From Treponemataceae bacterium (GTDB taxonomy: Bacteria; Spirochaetota; Spirochaetia; Treponematales; Rectinemataceae), in the NCBI GenBank assembly GCA_963667725.2, contig CAXXHO010000005.1, forward strand, positions 181,819 through 205,818: a DNA stretch of 24,000 bases. Reading direction: 5' to 3'. Made by a program: the position numbers and the translations under genes. Under the pieces are notes generated by a model. The model did not search any database. It was not told where the DNA came from and was given only the letters and a program-made list of their open reading frames with translations. The first letter of the stretch is position 1; each line of letters begins with the position of its first letter. Shown here in pieces: positions 1 through 8,213 of this stretch.

Positions 1-431
1 ACGAATTTCACGCCCCAGGCCTGGGGGCGCAGGTGGATTTCCAGGGCTTCGAAGATCTGACGGGTCATGCGCTCCTGTACCTGCAGCCGGCTGGCAAAGG
101 CTTGGATCACGCGCACGAGTTTGGAGAGCCCTACCGTGCCTCCGGCACCCGGCAGGTAGCCGATGCTGGCGAAGCCGGAGAAGGGGGCAAGATGGTGCTC
201 GCAGGTGCTCACGAAGGGGACGCGCTCGAGGATGACGGGGCAGGGGGCCAGCTCCCCCGGCAGCGGCTGGAGCTCGGCGGCGACGTCGATGGCGTAGCCA
301 TTCAGTCGTTCGGCCCAGTACTCCGCCACCCGGTGGGGCGTGTCCCGCAGTTCGGGGCACTCGGGATCTGCGCCAAAGCTGGCCAGCAGTTCGTGAATGG
401 CCTTGGTGGCCCGTGCCTCGTCGATCCCCAT
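1..431 (-). CDS. folE: GTP cyclohydrolase I (FolE), 3'-partial; runs off the window edge
   Basis: This gene is absent from the ORF track because it is truncated by the window edge. The reverse-complement translation from the ATG at 431..429 reads MGIDEARATKAIHELLASFGADPECPELRDTPHRVAEYWAERLNGY...VPFVSTCEHHLAPFSGFASIGYLPGAGGTVGLSKLVRVIQAFASRLQVQERMTRQIFEAL. The STCEHH, GLSK and RxQVQERxTxQI motifs are the hallmark FolE core. The listed + strand ORF 33..557 is its antisense artefact. Confidence 0.9.
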   Translation of the reverse strand, partial: MGIDEARATKAIHELLASFGADPECPELRDTPHRVAEYWAERLNGYAIDVAAELQPLPGELAPCPVILERVPFVSTCEHHLAPFSGFASIGYLPGAGGTVGLSKLVRVIQAFASRLQVQERMTRQIFEALEIHLRPQAWGVKF

Positions 432-514
432 GGATGCCCCCGTTCAAAGCTGATGCCTGGGACACCATACCGCAGGCCATGGGGAATCAGGCACGGAGGC
501 GTCGGTCTCCCTCG

Positions 515-2290
515 CTACAGGCCCAGCTCCCGCAGGCTTTCCTGGAACTGCGCATAACTGAAGGGTTTCGCCAGCGTGCCTACTCGGGCATGGTCCTTCG
601 TGAATTCCTCCGGCAGCGCGTCCAGGAATCCACTGACGATGAGGACGGGAAGATCCGGGGCAAGGGTCCGCAGTTGTCCGAAGGTCTGGGGTCCGTCCAA
701 CCCTTGCATGTTCAGGTCCAGCACCACCAGTTCCGGCACCTGACCGCCCGCCACCCGCCTCTCGGCGGCTGCCCCGTCGGCGGCGACCTCCACCTGGTGA
801 CCGCCCTCCGCCAGCAGAGTTGCCAGGGCCGTGCGCACGAGGTCGTCATCGTCGACAAGTAGGATGCGACGACCCTGGATTTTTGGTGCCTCCCCCTCCA
901 GTCTATCCCCGTGTCCGTCGCCCTCGGACTCTACCCCTAGGGCCGGAAGGCGGAGGGTGATCCGCGTGCCTCCGCCCAACTTGCTTTCCAGGTCCAGGTG
1001 GCCGCCGTGGGCTTCGACTACTCCTCGGACCGTGGCCAATCCCAGCCCGGTACCCTTCCCGACCGGCTTGGTGGTGAAGAAGGGATCTGTGGCGCGGGCC
1101 AGTACCTCCGGGGGCATCCCCTCCCCAGTGTCCTCGACGGTGACGGCCGCCCACCCTTCGAGCGCCCGGGTTCTCAGGGTGAGGACGCCACCCCCGGGCA
1201 TGGCATCAACGGCGTTGACGCAGAGATTCATGAGGGCATTTCCGAGGCTGCTCCGGGCGCCACGAATCTGCGGGAGGTCCGGGGAGAGATCCACCGCGAC
1301 CTGTACGCGCATGAGCAGGGTGCGCTCCAGCAGGGCCGCCTCCTCGCGCACAAGCTCGTTCAGGTCCAGATCTTCTGGGGCCTCGGAGAGCCCCTTTCGG
1401 GCGAAGGCCGTGAGCCCCCGAACCAGATCCCGGCCCCTTCCGGTGGCCATCAGGATCAGCCCTAGGGATCGGGCCAAGGGCCCTCCCTCGGGCTGATGGG
1501 ACTGCAGCAGTTCTGCGGAGGCCTGGATGGCGGCAAGCACATTGTTCATGTCGTGGGCCACGCCGCTGGCCAGGCGTCCCAGACTCTCCAGCCGCTGAGC
1601 GTGCTGGATCTCCGATTCCAGCCGCCGATGCGCCTCTTCCTCGCGAATCCTGTCTGTGATGTCCCGGGCGATTCCGAAGAGACCCACCAGGTTGCCATCG
1701 GGCCCCCTCAGCGGGCCTTTGGTGGCCAGGAAGATCCGGGGGCCTTCTGGAGTCGTGAGGTGCTCCTCCAGCGTGGCGACCTCGAGCCCGTCCATGATCC
1801 GCCGGTCGGCGGCCATCAAGGTGTCGGCCTCGCCTGGGGGGAACACGGCCCGGTCATCTCGCCCCAAGATTTCCTGCGGTTCCCTTCCGGTCATCCGTCC
1901 CGCGGCCTTGTTGAACAGCAGGTAGCGGCCCTCCGCATCCTTTACGTAGATGGCGTCGGTGGAGGCCTCAGCCAGCCCGTGGAGAAGGAGCAGGGTGCGC
2001 TGGCGTTCCGTTTCTTGGCGTCGGACTTCCGCATCTCTGGCGGCGAGCTTTGCGACGAAACGGCGCAGGTGGAACGAGAGCAGCAGGGAGGTAACCGCCA
2101 CGAAGAACCACCCCTTGAGCATGCTCACCCACGTCCGGGCTGCCGAGTCCGGAACCAGGGCCTCGGCGGCGCGATCGGAGAGGAGGATCCACATGGCGGC
2201 GAAACCGGCGTAGCCCAGCACGATCCGCGCAACTCCCCGCCGCGCCATGCGCTCGGAGGAAGTGCCTGGAGAGGGTGCCGCACCTGTCAT
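515..2290 (-). CDS. Hybrid sensor histidine kinase: 2 TM, PAS, HisKA, HATPase_c and a C-terminal receiver domain
   Basis: 591-aa ORF with two N-terminal hydrophobic segments (IVLGYAGFAAMWILL, GWFFVAVTSLLLSF). It has a PAS-like region (DAIYVKDAEGRYLLFNKAAGRMTG...GIARDITDR). The H-box is SGVAHDMNNVLAAI, with N/G boxes (LMNLCVNAVDAM, VEDTGEGMP, GTGLGLATV). The C-terminal REC domain reads RRILLVDDDDLVR...LVVLDLNMQGLDG...KPF. The start codon is uncertain (2290, or the internal MARRG). Confidence 0.9.
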   Translation of the reverse strand: MTGAAPSPGTSSERMARRGVARIVLGYAGFAAMWILLSDRAAEALVPDSAARTWVSMLKGWFFVAVTSLLLSFHLRRFVAKLAARDAEVRRQETERQRTLLLLHGLAEASTDAIYVKDAEGRYLLFNKAAGRMTGREPQEILGRDDRAVFPPGEADTLMAADRRIMDGLEVATLEEHLTTPEGPRIFLATKGPLRGPDGNLVGLFGIARDITDRIREEEAHRRLESEIQHAQRLESLGRLASGVAHDMNNVLAAIQASAELLQSHQPEGGPLARSLGLILMATGRGRDLVRGLTAFARKGLSEAPEDLDLNELVREEAALLERTLLMRVQVAVDLSPDLPQIRGARSSLGNALMNLCVNAVDAMPGGGVLTLRTRALEGWAAVTVEDTGEGMPPEVLARATDPFFTTKPVGKGTGLGLATVRGVVEAHGGHLDLESKLGGGTRITLRLPALGVESEGDGHGDRLEGEAPKIQGRRILLVDDDDLVRTALATLLAEGGHQVEVAADGAAAERRVAGGQVPELVVLDLNMQGLDGPQTFGQLRTLAPDLPVLIVSGFLDALPEEFTKDHARVGTLAKPFSYAQFQESLRELGL

Positions 2291-2476
2291 GGGGCCTCGA
2301 ACGAAGCGGGTGCATCAGTGGAGACGTCTGGCCCAGAGTGTGCCACCGTATCTTCCCCTTTCGGGATCGCGAATCGGGAGAACAAGAAATTCTTGAGTCA
2401 GGAATCATCGAAACGACGATTTCCCCGTGACCCATTCCCGGGGCGCCTGTGGGAAAATCTATGCCTGGAGGCCCTC

Positions 2477-3514
2477 ATGAGCCAGCAGCCGGTCACCTAC
2501 GCCACCTCGGGCGTGGACATCAATCGTCAGGATGAGGCGCTGCGGCGCATCAAGCCCCTGGTGAAGGCCACCAAGACTGCGGGGGTGCGCTCGGACATCG
2601 GCCTCTTCGGCGGCCTCTTCAGCGCCCAGTTCCCCGAAGCCCAGCCCATCCTGGTTTCCTCCATGGACGGCGTGGGCACCAAGATGAAGGTGGCCCGTCT
2701 CGCCAACACTTGGAACACCGTGGGTGGCGATCTGGTGAACCACTGCATCAACGACATCCTGGTGCAGGGCGCCCGGCCCCTCTTCTTCTTGGACTACATC
2801 GCCGCCCAGCGCCTGGAGCCCGAGGTCATCGAGTCCATCGTTTCCGGCATGGCCAATGCCTGCCGCAACGCGGGCTGCGCCCTCATCGGCGGTGAGTTGG
2901 CGGAGATGCCCGGCGTCTACGAGACGGGCGAAGTGGATGTGGCGGGCACCATCGTGGGCGTGGTGGATCAGGCCGAGCTGCTGCCGCGCCTGGAGGCCAT
3001 GGGCGAAGGCGATGTGCTCATCGCCCTGCCCAGTTCCGGCCTGCACACCAATGGCTACTCCCTGGCCCGCAAGGTCTGCTTCGAGGTGGCTGGGCTCAAG
3101 GTGACGGACAAGCTGCCGGGCACGGAGCAGACCGTGAGTGAAGCCCTGCTGGCCATCCACCGCAGCTACCTCACCCAGCTCATGCCGCTGGTGAAGGCCA
3201 AGAAACTGGTGGCCATGGCCCATATCACCGGCGGCGGGCTCACGGACAATATCCCCCGGGTGCTGCCGGAACACCTGGACGCGGCCATCGAGACGGGCAG
3301 CTGGCAGATTCCGGCCCTCTTCAATTTCCTCATCGAGAAGTCCCAGATGCCCCTGGAAGATGCCCGCCGCAGCTTCAATCTGGGGGTGGGCATGGTGGTG
3401 ATCGCCAAGAAAGCCGATGCTGCCGAAGTTCTGCTGGCCCTCAAGAACGCGGGTGAAGCCGCCTGGGTCATCGGCGAGCTGGTGGCAGGCAAGGGCGAAG
3501 TTCGCTACCGGTAG
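2477..3514 (+). CDS. purM: Phosphoribosylformylglycinamidine cyclo-ligase (AIR synthetase, PurM)
   Basis: Within ORF 1496..3514 the real start is the ATG at 2477 (MSQQPVTYATSGVDINRQDEALRRIKPLV...). Conserved PurM blocks are present: SSMDGVGTKMKVA, DLVNHCINDILVQGARPLFFLDY, GGELAEMPGVY, SSGLHTNGYSLARK, HITGGGL. The upstream 327 codons of the ORF are antisense to the kinase gene and are not coding. Confidence 0.95.
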   Translation: MSQQPVTYATSGVDINRQDEALRRIKPLVKATKTAGVRSDIGLFGGLFSAQFPEAQPILVSSMDGVGTKMKVARLANTWNTVGGDLVNHCINDILVQGARPLFFLDYIAAQRLEPEVIESIVSGMANACRNAGCALIGGELAEMPGVYETGEVDVAGTIVGVVDQAELLPRLEAMGEGDVLIALPSSGLHTNGYSLARKVCFEVAGLKVTDKLPGTEQTVSEALLAIHRSYLTQLMPLVKAKKLVAMAHITGGGLTDNIPRVLPEHLDAAIETGSWQIPALFNFLIEKSQMPLEDARRSFNLGVGMVVIAKKADAAEVLLALKNAGEAAWVIGELVAGKGEVRYR

Positions 3515-4192
3515 ATGTCCGGCGACATCCTCATCATCGAGGACGAATCCGCCATCGCGGATACCATCGCCTACGCCCTGAAGACCGAGGGTTTCACGCC
3601 CCATCGCAGCGAATTGGGGGGCGAGGCCCTGGAACGCCTCCGCCGCGAATCCTTCCGGCTGGCCATTCTCGATGTGGGTCTGCCGGATCTCTCGGGCTTC
3701 GAGGTTTGTCGGCGCCTGCGCACCTTTTCCGCCATCCCGGTCATCTTCCTCACGGCCCGCAGCGAGGAAGTAGATCGCATCGTGGGGCTGGAAATCGGCG
3801 GGGACGATTACATGGCCAAGCCCTTCAGCCCCCGGGAACTGGTGGCGCGGGTCCGCGTGATCCTGCGGCGGATGGAGCGCATGGAAGCGGCGCCGAGCAC
3901 CACGGGGTTCGAGTTGGACGAAGGGCGCCATCGCATCCGCTTCTGCGGCCAGGATCTGGACCTCACCCGGTACGAATACCTGCTGCTGAAATGCCTCATG
4001 GCCTCGCCGGAGCGGGTGTTCACGCGCCTGCAGCTCATGGAGCAGGTGTGGGCCGGGGCGGAGGAGAGCGGAGATCGCACCGTGGATACCCACGTGAAGA
4101 CCCTGCGCGCCAAGTTGCGGCTGGCGAATCCCCAGCTGGATCCCATCCAGACTCACCGGGGACTGGGCTACAGCCTCGCGAGGCTGACATGA
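3515..4192 (+). CDS. creB: OmpR-family response regulator, CreB-like
   Basis: 225 aa. The REC domain reads ILIIEDESAIADTI...LAILDVGLPDLSGFEV...DDYMAKPFSPREL. The winged-helix output reads LTRYEYLLLKCL...VDTHVKTLRAKL...IQTHRGLGYSL. Its ATG immediately follows the purM stop, and its stop overlaps the creC start (ATGA at 4189-4192). The CreB assignment rests on the downstream creC and creD homologues. Confidence 0.8.
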   Translation: MSGDILIIEDESAIADTIAYALKTEGFTPHRSELGGEALERLRRESFRLAILDVGLPDLSGFEVCRRLRTFSAIPVIFLTARSEEVDRIVGLEIGGDDYMAKPFSPRELVARVRVILRRMERMEAAPSTTGFELDEGRHRIRFCGQDLDLTRYEYLLLKCLMASPERVFTRLQLMEQVWAGAEESGDRTVDTHVKTLRAKLRLANPQLDPIQTHRGLGYSLARLT

Positions 4193-5616
4193 AGCTCAGC
4201 GTCCGGGTCCTGCTGGGGTTCTTCCTCATCGTGGGGTTGGCGGCCTTCTTCGTGCTGCGCATCTTCATGGCGGAGGTGAAGCCCGGCGTGCGGCAGGGTA
4301 TGGAGGTGGCCCTGGTGGATTCGGCGCACCTGCTGGCGGAGCTGGCGGCGCCGGAGTTGGAAGCGGGCACCCTGGCCCAGGGCGAATTCGCACAGGCCGT
4401 GGAACGCTACGTCCATCGCACACCCAAGGCCAAGATCTGGGGCATGGAGAAGCGTGTGGCCGAGTTCCGGGTGTACGTCACCGATGCCCGGGGCTTCGTC
4501 GTCTTCGATTCCGAGGGCCAGGCCGCAGGCCAGGACTATTCGCGCTGGAACGATGTGCTCCTGACCCTGAAGGGGGAATACGGGGTGCGCAGTTCCCGGG
4601 CGGTGGCCGGGGATGAGAAGACCTCCCGGATGCATGTGGCCGCGCCGATCCTCAGGGGGGATCGACTGCTGGGGGTGCTCACGGTGGTGACGCCCACGGC
4701 GAGCGTGGTGCCCTACGCCCAGCGCAGCCAGCGGCGCGTTTTCCGGGCGGGGCTGCTGCTGATGGGGGGCGCCCTGCTGACGGGCCTGGCCCTCTCCTGG
4801 TGGCTCACCCGGAGCCTGGGCAGGCTTCAGACCTACGCCCGGCAGGTCGCGGAAGGACACAAGGCCAGCCTGCCCGCCCTGGGGGGAGGGGAGTTGGCGG
4901 AACTGGGCCAGACCCTTGAGGCCATGCGCGAGAAACTGGAGGGACGGAAGTACCTGGAGCGTTACATTCAGGCCCTCACCCACGAGATGAAGAGCCCCCT
5001 GGCGGCCATCCACGGGGCGGCGGAACTGCTGGAGGAACCCTTGCCCGAAGCGGAGCGGCGCCTCTTCGTGGCCAACATCCAGGAACAGGAACTGCGCCTC
5101 CAGCGCCTGGTGGAGCGCATGCTCGGCCTGGCCGGACTCCAGCATCGCCAGGGCCTCGAGGCTTCCGTGCCGCTGGTCCTTGGAGAGATCGTGGCCACTG
5201 TGGCTTCGGCCAAGGCGGCGGGTTGCGCCGCGAAGGATCTGAGGGTCGAAATCGTCGGCGCACAAGGCTCCCAGATCCGAGGCGAGGCCTTCCTGGTGGA
5301 ACTGGCCCTGTCCAATCTGCTGGACAATGCCATCGACTTCTCGCCGGTGGGTGGGCGCATCCAGGTGGTCCTTGAAGCCACCGAGGCGCGGGTCGCGGTC
5401 ATCGTGAAGGATCAGGGGCCGGGCATTCCCGAGTACGCGGCCGGTCGGATCTTCGAACCCTTCTACTCGCTGCCCCGGCCTGCCACGGGCAAGAAGAGCA
5501 CCGGCCTAGGCCTGAGTTTCGTGCGCGAAGTGGCGGAGCTCCACGGCGGAAGGATCGAGGTGCGCAATGGGGTCGGCGGGGGCGTGGAGGCGCGGCTGGA
5601 GTTTCCTGCCATCTGA
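4189..5616 (+). CDS. creC: Sensor histidine kinase, CreC-like
   Basis: The start is the ATG at 4189 inside ORF 3706..5616. The N-terminus MKLSVRVLLGFFLIVGLAAFFVLRIFMAEVKPGVRQ...LLAELA...GQDYSRWNDVLLTLKGEYGVRSSR is colinear with my recollection of E. coli CreC (LLLGYFLLV...KEVKPGVR...GQDYSRWNDVWLTLRGQYGARS). The H-box is LTHEMKSPLAAI and the HATPase boxes are LLDNAIDFS, VKDQGPGIP and STGLGLSFV. Confidence 0.85.
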   Translation: MKLSVRVLLGFFLIVGLAAFFVLRIFMAEVKPGVRQGMEVALVDSAHLLAELAAPELEAGTLAQGEFAQAVERYVHRTPKAKIWGMEKRVAEFRVYVTDARGFVVFDSEGQAAGQDYSRWNDVLLTLKGEYGVRSSRAVAGDEKTSRMHVAAPILRGDRLLGVLTVVTPTASVVPYAQRSQRRVFRAGLLLMGGALLTGLALSWWLTRSLGRLQTYARQVAEGHKASLPALGGGELAELGQTLEAMREKLEGRKYLERYIQALTHEMKSPLAAIHGAAELLEEPLPEAERRLFVANIQEQELRLQRLVERMLGLAGLQHRQGLEASVPLVLGEIVATVASAKAAGCAAKDLRVEIVGAQGSQIRGEAFLVELALSNLLDNAIDFSPVGGRIQVVLEATEARVAVIVKDQGPGIPEYAAGRIFEPFYSLPRPATGKKSTGLGLSFVREVAELHGGRIEVRNGVGGGVEARLEFPAI

Positions 5617-5700
5617 TGCGCTTCACAGAGCCTTCACACAGGCTCATCCTCCCTTCTTGAACGCGCGACATGCTTCCTCCATTCCTCATGGAGGCTGTTT

Positions 5701-7059
5701 ATGCGAAGAATCTTGCTCTGGAAGGGCCTGGCTGTGTTCGGGCTCGCGTTGTTGCTGCTCATTCCCCTGGCCATGATCCAGGGCCAGGTCGAGGCCCGGA
5801 ACCAGCGGCAAAAGGAGGTCAAGGCCAACGTCGCCGAGAGTGCGGCGGGCTGTCAGCAGGTGGTGGGGCCGCTGCTGGTGTTCACCTACACCGAGCGAGT
5901 GGAGGAGGCCGAGACCAACGAAAAGACCGGCCAGGTCACGCTGCGCACTCGAGAGATCCATGGCCATCAAATCCTGCCGCCCCAGGATCTCCAGATCCAA
6001 GGCGAGGCCCGGGTGGAGGAGCGCCATCGGGGCCTCTACAAGGCCCAGCTCTATCATCTGACGGCGCGGCTCACAGGCCGTTTCTCCCTGACGCCGAGTT
6101 TTGGCATGGATCTCTCGGGCCGCGCCATCACGCCCGGCCCCAGCTTCCTGGTGGTGGGCATTCCCGATCTGCGGGGCATCCACAACCGGCCCCAGGTCAA
6201 GTGGGAGGGCAGGGCCCTGGATTTCCGCCCGGGGGTTTCCCGGAGTCGCGTCCCCATGGGCATCCAGGCCGATCTGGGCACCCTGACCTTCCAGGACAAG
6301 AAGGACTTCGCCTTCGAGATTCCCCTGGAACTCACGGGCTCCCAGAGCCTTTCCTTCGCCCCGGTGGGCGAGAATACCCAGGTGTCCCTGCGCGCCAATT
6401 GGCCCAGCCCCAGCTTTGGGGGCCGATTCCTCCCATTGGATCACCAGGTTGGGGACAAGGGCTTCGAGGCCCAGTGGCAGGTCTCCAGCTTGGCCCGGAG
6501 CCTGGATTCCATCCTCAAGGTAGAAGGGCACGGACCCACCGAGGAGGCCTTCGACATCGCCTTTATCGAGCCGGTGAACATCTACCTGCAGACGGAACGG
6601 GCCGTGAAGTACGGCTTCCTCTTCGTGGGGTTGGTCTTCGCGGGGTTCTTCTTCTTCGAGCTGCTCCGGAAACTGCGGATCCATCCCATGCAGTACCTCC
6701 TGGTGGGTTTCGCCCTGGCGATGTTCTTCTTGCTGCTGCTGAGCCTCACCGAGCACATCCCCTTCCTGTGGGCCTACCTCGCGGCCAGCGCAGCCTGCAT
6801 TGCTCTGCTGGGTGCCTACCTGATCCATGTGCTCAAGAGTGTGGCCCATGGCCTTGGTTTCGCAGGGGGGACTCACGCTGCTCTTCGGCGTGCTCTACGG
6901 ACTCCTGATGTCCGAAGACAATGCGCTGCTGATGGGCTCGGTGCTCCTGTTCACGGCCTTGGCGGCGGTGATGCTGGCCACCCGAAAGCTGGATTGGTTA
7001 CGGCCTCTCGGGGAAAGAGAGTGGGGCCGAATAAGACGCAGGCCTCCTGGTTCTCGTAG
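5701..7059 (+). CDS. creD: Inner-membrane protein CreD-like; frameshifted near the 3' end, with the conserved C-terminus continuing in the +1 frame to 7120
   Basis: The 452-aa ORF begins MRRILLWKGLAVFGLALLLLIPLAMIQGQVEARN. It has internal CreD-type blocks (NWPSPSFGGRFLP, GFEAQWQVS, ERAVKYGFLFVGLVFAGFFFFELL, IHPMQYLLVGFALAMFFLLLLSLTEH). After the G6 run at 6865..6870 the annotated frame turns into low-complexity Arg/Ala/Gly sequence. The +1 frame (ORF 6827..7120) carries the expected LTLLFGVLYGLLMSEDNALLMGSVLLFTALAAVMLATRKLDW. Confidence 0.85.
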   Translation: MRRILLWKGLAVFGLALLLLIPLAMIQGQVEARNQRQKEVKANVAESAAGCQQVVGPLLVFTYTERVEEAETNEKTGQVTLRTREIHGHQILPPQDLQIQGEARVEERHRGLYKAQLYHLTARLTGRFSLTPSFGMDLSGRAITPGPSFLVVGIPDLRGIHNRPQVKWEGRALDFRPGVSRSRVPMGIQADLGTLTFQDKKDFAFEIPLELTGSQSLSFAPVGENTQVSLRANWPSPSFGGRFLPLDHQVGDKGFEAQWQVSSLARSLDSILKVEGHGPTEEAFDIAFIEPVNIYLQTERAVKYGFLFVGLVFAGFFFFELLRKLRIHPMQYLLVGFALAMFFLLLLSLTEHIPFLWAYLAASAACIALLGAYLIHVLKSVAHGLGFAGGTHAALRRALRTPDVRRQCAADGLGAPVHGLGGGDAGHPKAGLVTASRGKRVGPNKTQASWFS

Positions 7060-7116
7060 GATGAGAGCTGGGAGGCCCGCATCGATGATGGACGGCAGCG
7101 TATCGGCGGTGCGGCT

Positions 7117-7533
7117 TTGAGCGTGAACGCTCCCGGGCGCCTGCACGGCCTGGACATCCTGCGGGGCCTCATGGCCCTGGCGGTGGCGGTGTACCATCTG
7201 TCGATCTGGTCGCGGATCTTTGAGTCGGGAACCCGAATCAACAATGTGGTGGCCATCCTGGGGCATTACGGGGTAGAGGGCTTCTTCCTCGTCAGCGGCT
7301 TCTGTTTTTTCCACCTCTATGGTGAAACCTCCTGGGATCGGGGTGCGCTGCGGCGCTTCCACATCAAGCGCTTCTTCCGCATTGCGCCCCTCTACCACCT
7401 GGCGGTGGCGCTGAACCTGGTGTTGCACAACCCCGTGGGGCCGGAGGTCACGCTCCGGATGCTGGTGGCTGGGACGAAGCCGACCCTAAGGATATCGTCA
7501 ACTCGACGCACTGGTATGACGCCTTCACCCTGA
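7117..7533 (+). pseudogene. Acyltransferase-3 family (O-acyltransferase) gene, 5' fragment only
   Basis: It has a TTG (7117) or GTG (7123) start. The first ~105 codons carry the family's N-terminal motifs: LDILRGLMALAVAVYH, GVEGFFLVSGFCF, IKRFFRIAPLY. Full-length members are typically ~350 aa with ~10 TM helices. Here the family-like sequence ends near nt 7440-7470 and the frame terminates at 7533 inside sequence that belongs to another gene. Confidence 0.6.
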
Positions 7534-8201
7534 CCTTCAAGCTGTGGACAGGCTTCCTCGCCTTCGATGCCGAACAGGCCAGGGCTGTCATAGGGCCAGG
7601 AGCCGTGCGCGATTATTTCAGGCAAGCCCTCGCCAGGATAGCGGCGCATTCCCGCGAGCGGATGGGCCGGGCGCCGAGCCTTGTCGGGGAATTCGGTCTC
7701 CCCTTCGACTTGAACGGGCGGAAGGCTTACCGCACGGGCGATTTCCGCCTTCAGGAAAAAGCCCTCTCGGCTTATTACGACGCCCTCGACGCCAATCTTC
7801 TCAACGCGACGCTCTGGAACTACACGGCCGACAACACGCACGAATGGGGCGACGGCTGGAACGGCGAGGATCTGTCGGTATTCTGCGCCGAGGATTCGGG
7901 AGGCAGGGGTCTTCGCGGTTTCGTCAGACCCTACGCCTACGCGACTGCGGGAAGCATCGTGGAGATGTCCTTCGACATGCGCTCCGGAACCTTCCATCTG
8001 TGCTACGAACCGGACCATGCCATCCTCGCGCCCACCGAGATTTTCGTGCCTGATGTTCAGTATCCCGCGGGTTTTTCCCTCGAATCGTCGGGATGCGTCG
8101 TCGCCAGGCGGCTGTCGCAGGATTCGGGCTGTCTTTCCTGGCTGGACGTAAGGCCGGAACCCGGGGCCGAGGAATGCGAGATAACGCTGAAAAGGCTATA
8201 A
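7470..8201 (+). pseudogene. Glycoside hydrolase family 5-like (glucosylceramidase/endoglycoceramidase-type) gene, 3' fragment lacking a start and the N-terminal half
   Basis: The frame of ORF 7605..8201 stays open upstream to a stop at 7323 with no ATG/GTG/TTG. From about 7470 the translation reads WDEADPKDIVNSTHWYDAFTLTFKLW...APSLVGEFGLPFDL...LNATLWNYTADNTHEWGDGWNGEDLSVF...VRPYAYATAGSIVEMSFDMRSGTFHLCYEP...TEIFVP. HWY followed ~60 aa later by GEFG matches the GH5 beta-6 and nucleophile-Glu spacing. The tail resembles the GH5 C-terminal beta-sandwich. The NEP acid/base half is absent. The start coordinate is approximate. Confidence 0.55.
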
Positions 8202-8213
8202 GGAGAAAGCGCG

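Noticed and set aside
33-557. 174-aa + strand ORF at the left edge
   Set aside because: It is antisense to a very clear FolE reading frame (STCEHH, GLSK, QVQER motifs on the minus strand). Its own translation is Gly/Ala/Pro/Arg-rich low-complexity sequence, typical of the wrong frame in GC-rich DNA.
2400-2460. Possible ZTP (pfl) riboswitch upstream of purM (CCCGTGACCC...CCGGGGCGCCTGTGGG)
   Set aside because: It resembles the GUCGUGAC and CCGCCUGGGC cores only superficially. The conserved ACUGGCG segment and the pseudoknot partner are missing, and the 3' core has an extra base. That is not enough to call; a covariance-model scan would settle it.
1496-2476. 327-codon N-terminal extension of the purM ORF
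   Set aside because: It lies antisense to the hybrid kinase gene and has no family resemblance. PurM homology starts exactly at the ATG at 2477.
2459-4156. 565-aa minus-strand ORF across purM and creB
   Set aside because: It is antisense to two confidently identified genes. Its composition (Gly/Ala/His/Gln/Arg-rich, no motifs) is that of a stop-poor frame in ~two-thirds-GC DNA.
4168-6908. Long alternative-frame or antisense ORFs over creC and creD (4168..5265 minus, 5670..6908 plus, 5686..6876 minus)
   Set aside because: All overlap genes with clear CreC or CreD similarity in another frame. Their translations are Pro/Gly/Arg/His-rich with no recognisable domains. They are high-GC artefacts.
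7392-8018. 208-aa minus-strand ORF spanning the junction region
   Set aside because: It is antisense to the GH5-like frame, which has recognisable motifs. It has no motifs of its own, so it does not rescue the junction as a real gene.
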